From the NCBI GenBank assembly GCA_965205015.1, contig OZ242029.1:1472001-1536000 (forward strand): a stretch of DNA of 64,000 nucleotides. Direction: 5' to 3'. How positions within the stretch are numbered: the stretch's first letter is position 1; the number at the start of each line of letters is the position of its first letter. The notes below the pieces were generated by a model that had not been told where the DNA came from, made no database searches, and worked only from the letters and a program-made list of their open reading frames with translations. The position numbers and the translations under genes are program-made. This DNA is from Candidatus Poribacteria bacterium. GTDB taxonomy: Bacteria; Poribacteria; WGA-4E; WGA-3G. Shown here piece after piece: positions 9,645-18,001 of the stretch.

Positions 9645-11315
9645 TTAGATATGTATAGCGTTTGGATTTGACCTTGCTTGCTGCGCCCACATTTCAGCGA
9701 TCCGTTCAAAGGAGGGACGATAAATCTCACTTGAGGGTCGAAATAGACTTTCCTCTATGGGTTGGATTAGAGTCTCTTCTTCCTGCTGCACTAACATCAA
9801 TGAGAGGTCATCAGGTAACTTAACACCGATCTGCTTCTCAAAATCTGGTATGCTTTGATAGTCATCATGAAATAGAGCAACAATGTCTACATCCATGTCT
9901 TTAGCATCTGTTAAATCCGCTTTCGCTTTCTCCCACTCTTGTTCGTGTAACCACACCTTAGCACGACCATAATAAGCCTTTGCATAACGGCGGTTGAGTT
10001 GTATGGTCGTATTAAAATCTGCAAGAGCCATATCAAAGCCCCCTTCATTACCATAAACGTTACCACGATTATAATACGCTATCTCCAATAATGGGTTGAG
10101 TTGTATCGCTATCGTATAGTCTCTAATGGCATGGTCAATTTCACCTTTGTTACTATAAGAGATGCCGCGATTGATATAAGCTAGAATGTAGTCGGGTTGG
10201 AACCTAAGGACTACATTATAGTCTCTGATGGCATTATCAAAATCACCTTTTCCACTATAAGCAATACCACGATTAAAATAGCATTCAATGCTATGATGTG
10301 GGTTGCGTTCTATCACTTTCGTATAGTCCGATATGGCTTTGTTAAATTCGTCCCTGCTGCTATAAGCATTACCGCGTTCATAATACGCATTGAGGTAATT
10401 GGGTTGCAATTTTATCGTTTTTGTATAGTTTGCGATAGCCGATTCAAAATCGTTTTTGTTGCTGAAAGCCATGCCGAGAATCAGATACGCATCCGCAGCA
10501 TTCGGATTACGTTCCAACGCTTTTTCACAGTCTGCAATAGCGGAGTCAAATTCCCCCTTAAGACTATAAGCAGTTGCGCGGGTGATGTACGGATGAGCAG
10601 CGTTTGAATTGAGTTCTATCACCTTTTGGAAGTCCGCTATAGCGGAGTCAAATTCCCTTTTAAGTAAGTGAACATAGCCTCGCATAACATAGACTGTTGG
10701 GTAATTTGGTTTCAGTTCTATTGCCCTGCTATAGTCTGCAATAGCTTTATCATCTTCCTCCTTGCTGCGGTAAGCATTGCCACGAATAGCGTAAACCTCA
10801 GCAAAATCCGGCTTGAGTCGGATCGCCTTGCTATAGTCCATAATGGCGGAGTCCAGCTCATCTTTGTCGTTGTAAGCATTCCCTCGAATAAGATAGGCTT
10901 CAGCAGCATCAGGATTAAGTTGTATTGCCCTGTCACAGTCTTCAATGGCACGGTCGAAATCTTTCTTGCTAACATAAGCATGAGCACGCTGATAATAGGC
11001 CTCAGCGTAGTCCGGTTCGTATTGGATTGCCTTGGTGAAGTCTTCAATCGCCGTGTCAATGTCACCTTTAGCCCCATGTGCCATACCGCGACCATAATAA
11101 GCCCTAGCGGGTTGCCGAGTCCAGAAAATCGCGTCGGTATAATCCTTAATCGCGAGGTCAAATTTACCCATTTTGTGGTAAACATTACCGCGGTAGACGT
11201 AAGATAAAGCAAAATTTGGTCTCAAGTCAATGGCTCTACTATAGTGTTTGACAGCTTCTTCATAATGCGCCATTTTCACTGGGTTAGCCATTCTCTGAAT
11301 CTCCTCTTTGTTCAC
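9645..11315 (-). CDS. TPR-repeat protein (probably the C-terminal part of a frameshifted FRG-TPR gene)
   Basis: Long run of 34-aa TPRs (AYxxRGxAY...AIxDYxxAIxLxP). Confidence 0.85.
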   Translation of the reverse strand: MNKEEIQRMANPVKMAHYEEAVKHYSRAIDLRPNFALSYVYRGNVYHKMGKFDLAIKDYTDAIFWTRQPARAYYGRGMAHGAKGDIDTAIEDFTKAIQYEPDYAEAYYQRAHAYVSKKDFDRAIEDCDRAIQLNPDAAEAYLIRGNAYNDKDELDSAIMDYSKAIRLKPDFAEVYAIRGNAYRSKEEDDKAIADYSRAIELKPNYPTVYVMRGYVHLLKREFDSAIADFQKVIELNSNAAHPYITRATAYSLKGEFDSAIADCEKALERNPNAADAYLILGMAFSNKNDFESAIANYTKTIKLQPNYLNAYYERGNAYSSRDEFNKAISDYTKVIERNPHHSIECYFNRGIAYSGKGDFDNAIRDYNVVLRFQPDYILAYINRGISYSNKGEIDHAIRDYTIAIQLNPLLEIAYYNRGNVYGNEGGFDMALADFNTTIQLNRRYAKAYYGRAKVWLHEQEWEKAKADLTDAKDMDVDIVALFHDDYQSIPDFEKQIGVKLPDDLSLMLVQQEEETLIQPIEESLFRPSSEIYRPSFERIAEMWAQQARSNPNAIHI

Positions 11316-11997
11316 GGGTTAAGCCTATATAATGCGACTTGTATACTTCCAGATGGATGCTCTGATCCTTAATGAAACCATGGATATCATTGTAAATGGT
11401 TTCAACAGATATACCGTGAGAGTTTCGCAAATGCCCCAGTATAGGTTGTTTGAGCACTGCTGGAATATTAATTACATCATCCTCATTTGGACCAATAAAG
11501 CCATCGGGATGTCTAATAAATACGCTTTTCTGAGCGATAACACGATTTATTGGCTCGTAAGGCTTTTCAATGTAGGGACTTATCAGTTCCTTCTTTTCCA
11601 AGATAACCCTGCCATTTTTGCCAGGGGAGCCATCACATGCCATGAATAACGCGACGAGGTAATCCTCCGTGAAATCAATGAGGTTGGTTTTACCGCCGTA
11701 ATGTTGGATTTCGGCAAGGCGTTTTATCTCGCTAGCTGGTTCGCGGGAAAACTCTTTAACCGTTTCCAACATACCCATTTGGACATTTTCTATATCAAAT
11801 CGCGCGGTCTCAACATCAAAACCTTCTAGCTCCAGAAAAACGCGGTAAAGATTTGAAGAAACTTTCCCATAGTAAGGCTTCTCCTGATAATGTTCAGGTT
11901 CTCCCCGGTAGATGTATTCTCCAGTGTCCGCTTTTTCTTCTATTTTTCGGAGTATGTCGTCAACCGTACTTGGCTCGTTTGGTTTTTCTTTGTCCAT
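11284..11997 (-). CDS. FRG-domain protein
   Basis: YIYRGE, IQHYGGKTNLIDFTEDYLVALFMAC, NRVIAQKSVF are FRG motifs; promoter TTGACA-N17-TACTAT on the minus strand at 12059-12031. Confidence 0.85.
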   Translation of the reverse strand: MDKEKPNEPSTVDDILRKIEEKADTGEYIYRGEPEHYQEKPYYGKVSSNLYRVFLELEGFDVETARFDIENVQMGMLETVKEFSREPASEIKRLAEIQHYGGKTNLIDFTEDYLVALFMACDGSPGKNGRVILEKKELISPYIEKPYEPINRVIAQKSVFIRHPDGFIGPNEDDVINIPAVLKQPILGHLRNSHGISVETIYNDIHGFIKDQSIHLEVYKSHYIGLTREQRGDSENG

Positions 11998-12179
11998 CCA
12001 CTTTCCTTTACGATCACAATGCTGCTTAAAATAGTAACACGTTCCACAAAGGATGTCAACTGAATTTAACAGCCTGAACGGTCGCGAACTGTAGCTCGCT
12101 TCTACAGTATTCTGCTTGAATTATTCTTGGTAAGGTGCTATGCTGATTTTATTAATACATATAACATAAAGGAAACAGT

Positions 12180-13691
12180 ATGCCTGAAACCAGACCTAAT
12201 ATCCTACTTATTACCAGCGATCAGCAGCATTGGAATACTTTGGGCTGCCTCAACCCCGAAATACAGACCCCGCACTTAGACACATTGGCGCAACAAGGCA
12301 CGCTTTTCAATAGAGCCTATTGCCCGAACCCTACCTGCACACCGACGCGCGCATCTATTATCACTGGAAAATACCCGAGCCAACACGGTGCGTGGTCGCT
12401 CGGCACGAAACTCTCTGAAGATGAACATACCGTCGGTGAGGATTTCACGGATGCTGGCTATCGGACTGCCCTCGTCGGAAAAGCACATTTTCAACCGCTC
12501 CACGGGACAGAGGAATTCCCGTCTCTCGAATCCTACCCGATTCTCCAAGATTTGGACTTTTGGCGCAGTTTCAACGAGCCGTTTTACGGGTTTGAGCATG
12601 TCGAACTCGCACGCAACCACGCCGACGAAGCACACGTCGGACAACACTATGCGATCTGGATGGAAGAGAACGGCTGTACCAATTGGCGCGACTATTTCGC
12701 ACCGCCGACAGGGAACGCTCGCGGGCAATACCGCAAGTGGCACATCCCAGAAGAATACCATTACGATACCTGGATTGCGGAACGTACCAATGCGCTCATG
12801 GAAACGTATCAACAGAACGGTGAGAACTTTTTCCTCTGGGCGAGTTTCTTCGATCCGCATCCGAAATATCTTGTTCCAGAGCCGTGGGATACGATGTACG
12901 ACCCAGAGGCGTTGACGGTGCCCTCCGTAACCGAGGGAGAACACGATAACAACCCACCGCATTTCCAGCTAACACAACAAGAAAAGCCGGATTTCTCCGC
13001 TTGGCGTGAAAGTGGGAAGGGGGTACACGGCTTCAACTCACATCTACGCGATCGGGACGAACTCGCTAAAGACATTGCTGTCTATTACGGCATGGTGAGC
13101 CTGATGGATAAGTATATCGGGAAAATCTTGGCGAAACTGGACGAATTAGGGCTTGCAGAGAACACGTTGGTCGTGTTCACTTCCGATCATGGGCATTTTT
13201 ACGGACAACACGGACTCGTCGCAAAGGGAGCATTCCACTACGAGGATGTCATCCGAGTGCCGTTTATCGCGCGGTATCCAGGGGTCGTGCCTGCGGGGAA
13301 ACACTCCGAGGCATTGCAGACGTTGGTAGACTTAGCACCCTCATTTCTCAGCGCTGCTGGCATTGACATTCCTCTTCCAATGACAGGCGTAGATCAGATG
13401 CCGGTCTGGTCAGGACAAGCAGAACAGGCACGCGACCATATCCTCGTTGAAAATCATCATGAACCGACAACGGTGCACGTCAAAACCTATGTTGACGATC
13501 GTTATAAGATTACCGTCTACTATAACAGAGATTATGGCGAGTTATTTGATTTGCAAGCGGATCCTGGAGAAGTCAACAACCTATGGAATTCCGCTGAGCA
13601 TGCGGCACTGAAGGCGGATCTGGTGATGAAACTGTTGTTCGCGGAGATGGGGAAAGAACCGTTATGGATGCCGCGAACTTCGGGGGCATAA
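12180..13691 (+). CDS. Sulfatase (Cys-type)
   Basis: PNILLITSDQ, CTPTRASIITG, GKAHF, FTSDHG; promoter-like TTGAAT-N17-TATGCT at 12116-12144. Confidence 0.93.
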   Translation: MPETRPNILLITSDQQHWNTLGCLNPEIQTPHLDTLAQQGTLFNRAYCPNPTCTPTRASIITGKYPSQHGAWSLGTKLSEDEHTVGEDFTDAGYRTALVGKAHFQPLHGTEEFPSLESYPILQDLDFWRSFNEPFYGFEHVELARNHADEAHVGQHYAIWMEENGCTNWRDYFAPPTGNARGQYRKWHIPEEYHYDTWIAERTNALMETYQQNGENFFLWASFFDPHPKYLVPEPWDTMYDPEALTVPSVTEGEHDNNPPHFQLTQQEKPDFSAWRESGKGVHGFNSHLRDRDELAKDIAVYYGMVSLMDKYIGKILAKLDELGLAENTLVVFTSDHGHFYGQHGLVAKGAFHYEDVIRVPFIARYPGVVPAGKHSEALQTLVDLAPSFLSAAGIDIPLPMTGVDQMPVWSGQAEQARDHILVENHHEPTTVHVKTYVDDRYKITVYYNRDYGELFDLQADPGEVNNLWNSAEHAALKADLVMKLLFAEMGKEPLWMPRTSGA

Positions 13692-13692
13692 A

Positions 13693-14508
13693 TCAATACC
13701 GCCGTTTCCAGTGCCAACTGTCGCTTCCTGAAATGAGCGGACGGATGTCTTCGGGCAATGTCTCAATAAATTCAGGACTGACTTCGTTGCCGGGCCATTC
13801 GCGTACCATCGGTGGTGTGTACCCGGAGATGAGGATGACACGCTCTTTATCGCTACGGATGGCAGTTGTGCTGTGAATCAACGCCTCGGCAAAAAGAAGG
13901 ACGGACCCCGCGGATGCTTCGACTTGGTAGATGAGTTTGTCGTCAGAGAGTGCCGCTTCGATCATTTCTTTGTGATCCCACGTTAGGCGATGGCTTCCGG
14001 GTATAACGCACGTTCCACCATCGTCTGGACCGACATCGGTGAGGTAGGCGAGCGTTTTTACGAAGATACAGTGGAACTTGTTCTGTTCCACATAAGTGCC
14101 CCACCCGTGTTGCGTCCCGCGATGAAATCCTGTCGGGTTATAGCGGCGTTTATAGAGGTCGTCCAATTCTGTCTCAGGGTTACGACTATTAATGATCGCT
14201 TCGGTCTCTTCAAGGCGTACTGCCCCTCCTACCACCTCTTCAACCAACGGCACGAGTTGTGGGTGCGCGGCGTATTCTAAGAGTGCTGGGTCATATTCAA
14301 CGAGATTGCCGAAAAGGATATGGTGTTCTCCGCCGGGACGGGCATAGACACGCTTGGCATCCCGATTTTCGTCGGCTTTCATCCTGTAGAGGGCACCTTT
14401 CATGCGTGCAATTTCATCGTCGTTTAGGACGTTCTCTAACAAGACAAAACCGTAGATGTCAAAATGGAGTCTTTGTGCTGGCGTGAGGCGAACCGTTTCA
14501 TTGCGCAT
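13693..14508 (-). CDS. PhyH-family Fe(II)/2-oxoglutarate dioxygenase (HxG motif variant)
   Basis: FDIYGFVLLENVL, YLTDVGPDDGGTCVIPGSH, AGSVLLFAEALIHS, distal Arg; first iron motif reads FHRG. Confidence 0.85.
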   Translation of the reverse strand: MRNETVRLTPAQRLHFDIYGFVLLENVLNDDEIARMKGALYRMKADENRDAKRVYARPGGEHHILFGNLVEYDPALLEYAAHPQLVPLVEEVVGGAVRLEETEAIINSRNPETELDDLYKRRYNPTGFHRGTQHGWGTYVEQNKFHCIFVKTLAYLTDVGPDDGGTCVIPGSHRLTWDHKEMIEAALSDDKLIYQVEASAGSVLLFAEALIHSTTAIRSDKERVILISGYTPPMVREWPGNEVSPEFIETLPEDIRPLISGSDSWHWKRRY

Positions 14509-15244
14509 GATTTTCTTCCTCGTAAAACTTTTTTATATCCTTCGCAAGTTTTCGCTTTAGTTCCTCAGAAATCGGATATCTACCAATTTCCTCTCGAATT
14601 TCTTCACAAGTTTTGCCATCTTCTTCTAATTTAACAATTACTGCTGAGAACACCTTCTCAAAACCAAATTTGGTGAGTGCTCTTGACATAAATTGTAAAA
14701 CTCCCAACGCAGCGATTCCACCGAGCATCCCAAATGGTCCCAAAGCGGCAAGCGATGATGTTATCGCTGCCGCACCGAACCAAGGTGAAGAGGTCATTAA
14801 CATAACCAACACAAGACCAGGCACTCCGAACCCGGCAATTACTTCCGCTATTTTGTCTAAAGGCAAGTCATCTACTCTTGGGATTTGTATCTCATTTATA
14901 GAAGGAATCGCTTTCTTCAATTTATCAAGGACATTTTTCAGATTCCACCACCACTCAGCCACAGGTAGATCCGGCATCTGTGTTTCTGCTTTAGTTCTTA
15001 GAGAATCAATAGCATCTTGCAAATCCTGAATAGCCTCTCTCAACTTTTTCAACTCATCTAATCCAGCCTTCCGTACAACACTCACGGATCTTCTTAAGGC
15101 TTGAATAGCTTCTTTAGGATTTGGGATCCGTTCCTTGTCTATAGAAAGGATGGCATCTTTCAATTCTTGAAAGGTATTTGTCAGATCTCGCACCCATGCA
15201 CCTGTAGTGCGAGCACGCTCTCCCAGATCTCGTATCAATCTCAT
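14498..15244 (-). CDS. Hypothetical protein with helical N-terminus and Gly/Ala-rich hydrophobic hairpin
   Basis: 248-aa AT-rich ORF overlapping the PhyH start; GVPGLVLV...GAAAITSSLAALGPFGMLGGIAALG. Confidence 0.65.
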   Translation of the reverse strand: MRLIRDLGERARTTGAWVRDLTNTFQELKDAILSIDKERIPNPKEAIQALRRSVSVVRKAGLDELKKLREAIQDLQDAIDSLRTKAETQMPDLPVAEWWWNLKNVLDKLKKAIPSINEIQIPRVDDLPLDKIAEVIAGFGVPGLVLVMLMTSSPWFGAAAITSSLAALGPFGMLGGIAALGVLQFMSRALTKFGFEKVFSAVIVKLEEDGKTCEEIREEIGRYPISEELKRKLAKDIKKFYEEENHAQ

Positions 15245-15279
15245 AGTTTAAATATTTCCACAACTAAAAATAAGCGAAG

Positions 15280-15362
15280 CATTTCTACAAATGCCGCCCC
15301 TACGGGGCTTGGTCTTTTGTTGATACATATTTCTACAAAGATGCCGTCCCTACGGGACTGAA
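15280..15362. repeat. REP-like tandem palindromic repeat pair
   Basis: Two related units ATTTCTACAAA(GA)TGCCG(C/T)CCCTACGGG(G/A)CT with small hairpins. Confidence 0.65.
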
Positions 15363-15445
15363 GAAAAATATACACATCATAATTGATAGACGACACAATA
15401 AGACTTCCGCTCGTAAACTTCGGAAGTCACGACTCCAAATCGTTT

Positions 15446-16219
15446 TTATTTGAGCGTTGACTGTTTCTTAATATGTCCCCAGAGTGTTGTGAGTTTTCCG
15501 TTCGGATCAACGGCAAGGTCGAGTGGATCTGCCCCTTCATAGATTAACAAGTCATCAACGTAACCGGGTGCTGTCATTCCCCACGTATAGAAAGCGACCC
15601 ACTTGGCGACGGGACCGAGCGCAGCATTCCGAAAAGGAAGCCCTTTCTCCGGCTTGGCACCTAAAGCGTCATTCCTGTCGTTCCCTACGTAGAAATCGAA
15701 TTCGCTTTTATCGACATTGGCTACGACCCGAACGTATTTCCATGTATCGGTTTCAAAATCACCAATAGGTTGCCACGCGGCACCATCATAGAGGCGAACC
15801 ATATCGGCATTCCAATTGATGTAGGTGCACCCGTTGTTCTCGCCAATGCCGTCAGCAGTAGCGACTTTGAGATTGAAAGACCTACCGCCACTCTCTATGT
15901 AAACCCAGAATTCAACAGAGATGATAGGGTTCTCGGTTTCTATAGGCACACCGAGTCCATCTCCGTCTCCACCACCCAAAATAGCGAGTGCTTTTTTATC
16001 CGTTTTGACAGTGTCGCCAGAAATTTCAAAGTCCCCGCCAATTACCTCCCAATCGTCAGGCAGTTTACCGACAGAAAATTCCTCGAACCCAGTTTGTACA
16101 TAAGCCTCTTGTGCAATTGCGGTTTTTACACTGGCGAGGCTCAAAACAGCAACGAAAGTTAACACGACATATTTGCAAAAGGTAATCCGCTCCCTCTGAA
16201 TCATCTTCCATTCCTCCAT
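15446..16219 (-). CDS. Secreted beta-sandwich (ConA/LamG-like) protein with conserved C-terminal motif
   Basis: Signal peptide ending AIA-Q; YVDDLLIY; ends LAVDPNGKLTTLWGHIKK. Confidence 0.7.
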   Translation of the reverse strand: MEEWKMIQRERITFCKYVVLTFVAVLSLASVKTAIAQEAYVQTGFEEFSVGKLPDDWEVIGGDFEISGDTVKTDKKALAILGGGDGDGLGVPIETENPIISVEFWVYIESGGRSFNLKVATADGIGENNGCTYINWNADMVRLYDGAAWQPIGDFETDTWKYVRVVANVDKSEFDFYVGNDRNDALGAKPEKGLPFRNAALGPVAKWVAFYTWGMTAPGYVDDLLIYEGADPLDLAVDPNGKLTTLWGHIKKQSTLK

Positions 16220-16229
16220 TCAGTCTTCA

Positions 16230-17012
16230 TCACGGCATCCAGAGATTCCACTCCCCTTTTTTCTCCCATTTGCGACAGGCGAGACATAAGCACATATATC
16301 GGATTGCGAAGCGCGGGGCAGAACCGACATTCATTGCGCCACAATGTGGTAATAGATGGTGGAAAAACAGGACATCTCCCTGTTTGGCAACGACTTCCAT
16401 CGGTTCGCCTAAATCCATCTTTGGAAAGTGGGCACCAACATCGCGAACATGGTTTGAAAATTCCGGGTTTTTCTCACGGAATTCTCGAATCCGTTGTGCA
16501 CCTTTGGGCCATATCACGGTCGCTCCGCTGTGCGCATTCACGTTCGTGAGGTAGGTTAAACTGGTTACTCGGAATGTCCCAGGATCCAGCCGTAAATCCC
16601 GAAAACCGCCATCCAAGTGAGGGGACGGCCATTTCCACTCGGAATCCGAAACAGGAAATTGATTGAGTGCCCAGATACCATCAGGAGAGCAACTCTCACA
16701 ATGCGGAATTTCTGGGTATCGGGACGCGAGTTGTTTGAGAACAGCGAGATACTCAGGCGTGCAACACGCCAAGACATCCAGATGGGTAACGCCGTAGAGT
16801 TCAATCCGCTTTCCATCTGCCATTTTCTCCATATAAAAACCGGCGAGCGGTGGACGTTTGAAGTGGTCCCATGAATTCGGGTCATCCGCGTCCATGCCCA
16901 TCATCTTCCACATTGCTGCCTCCGCTTTTGTGACAGTCTCTTGCGGAATCAATCCGGGAAGCAGTAAATAGCCCTCTTCTTCAAATTGCGCCAACTGTTG
17001 CTTTGAAAGCAT
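16230..17012 (-). CDS. PhyH-family dioxygenase
   Basis: FEEEGYLLLPGLI, PHLDG (HxD), GDVLFFHHLLPHC, PRFA. Confidence 0.85.
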   Translation of the reverse strand: MLSKQQLAQFEEEGYLLLPGLIPQETVTKAEAAMWKMMGMDADDPNSWDHFKRPPLAGFYMEKMADGKRIELYGVTHLDVLACCTPEYLAVLKQLASRYPEIPHCESCSPDGIWALNQFPVSDSEWKWPSPHLDGGFRDLRLDPGTFRVTSLTYLTNVNAHSGATVIWPKGAQRIREFREKNPEFSNHVRDVGAHFPKMDLGEPMEVVAKQGDVLFFHHLLPHCGAMNVGSAPRFAIRYMCLCLACRKWEKKGEWNLWMP

Positions 17013-17029
17013 TTAACACCCCTTATCGT

Positions 17030-17842
17030 TTAATCCCCAATCGTGAATTTGGTGATATCAACAGAAGGTTCGGGATACTTCATGTCGAGTTTCCGGAGCG
17101 TCTCAACGATACACTCTGTGATAACGAGGTTCCGATACCACTTCTTATTCGCAGGAATTACGTGCCACGGTGCCCAGTCGGTACTACACTTCTGGAGCAT
17201 TACTTCATACGCCTGCATATAATCATCCCAATACGCTCGTTCACGAACATCGGATTCCTCGACTTTCCAATGTTTCGTCGGATCGCTAATTCGAGATTCG
17301 AGACGCGCCTTCTGTTCATCTTTTGAGATGTGAAGGAAAAATTTTAGGACGACCGTTCCACTTTCAACGAGCATCTTTTCAAAATCGTTAATCTGCTGAT
17401 AATGCCGCGACCAGGCCGCCTCTGGTACGAGATTGTGTACCCGAACAACGAGGACGTCTTCATAATGCGAACGGTTAAAGATACCGATTTTCCCTTTCGA
17501 TGGAACGGCTCTATGGGCACGCCATAAGAAATCACGGGAAAGTTCATCCGCAGAAGGGACTTTGAAATTAAAGACATCGCACCCCTGAACGTTGATGCCA
17601 GCCATTACCCGCCGAATGGTGCCATCCTTGCCACATGTATCCATGCCTTGCAGGATGATGAGAAGTGCATGCTGACTTTCAGCGTAAAGCAGTTCCTGAA
17701 GTTTCAGGAGTTGCCTATGGAGTTTTTTCAGCCTGCGCTTGGTTTGACCTTTTTTTTCGTAATCCCCCGTGAAATCGGGGGGGTAATCGCTCAGCTTGAT
17801 GAGCCCGCCGGGTTTAATGATATTCTTCGTTTCAAGTTCCAT
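17030..17842 (-). CDS. ppk2: Polyphosphate kinase 2 (class III-like)
   Basis: QGMDTCGKDG Walker A, FNRSHYEDVL, KFFLHISKDEQ, PWHVIPANKKWYRN. Confidence 0.93.
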   Translation of the reverse strand: MELETKNIIKPGGLIKLSDYPPDFTGDYEKKGQTKRRLKKLHRQLLKLQELLYAESQHALLIILQGMDTCGKDGTIRRVMAGINVQGCDVFNFKVPSADELSRDFLWRAHRAVPSKGKIGIFNRSHYEDVLVVRVHNLVPEAAWSRHYQQINDFEKMLVESGTVVLKFFLHISKDEQKARLESRISDPTKHWKVEESDVRERAYWDDYMQAYEVMLQKCSTDWAPWHVIPANKKWYRNLVITECIVETLRKLDMKYPEPSVDITKFTIGD

Positions 17843-17851
17843 ATTTTTAAT

Positions 17852-18000
17852 AGTTGTCAGTTATCGGTTTAGACTCTCCCACACTTACTGACATAAAACT
17901 TTTGAAGCGCGTGGGCGAGTCTGGGTTATTGGAGGAATAGTTATCGGTCTTCGGAAAAGCGGAGGATTTCGTTAAACGAAAACCTCTTAACCGAAAACGA
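17852..18000. repeat. Heptamer-flanked palindromic repeat family copy
   Basis: AGTTGTCAGTTATCGG...TTCGTTAAACGAAAACCTCTTAACCGA; related copies at 23961-24020, 25888-25940, 26681-26823, 32705-32755 and 41027-41103. Confidence 0.7.
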
Positions 18001-18001
18001 A

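Noticed and set aside
9645-11315. 102-bp periodicity as a DNA repeat array or DGR target
   Set aside because: Explained by 34-aa TPR coding repeats; no reverse transcriptase or adenine-specific template/variable repeat pair seen.
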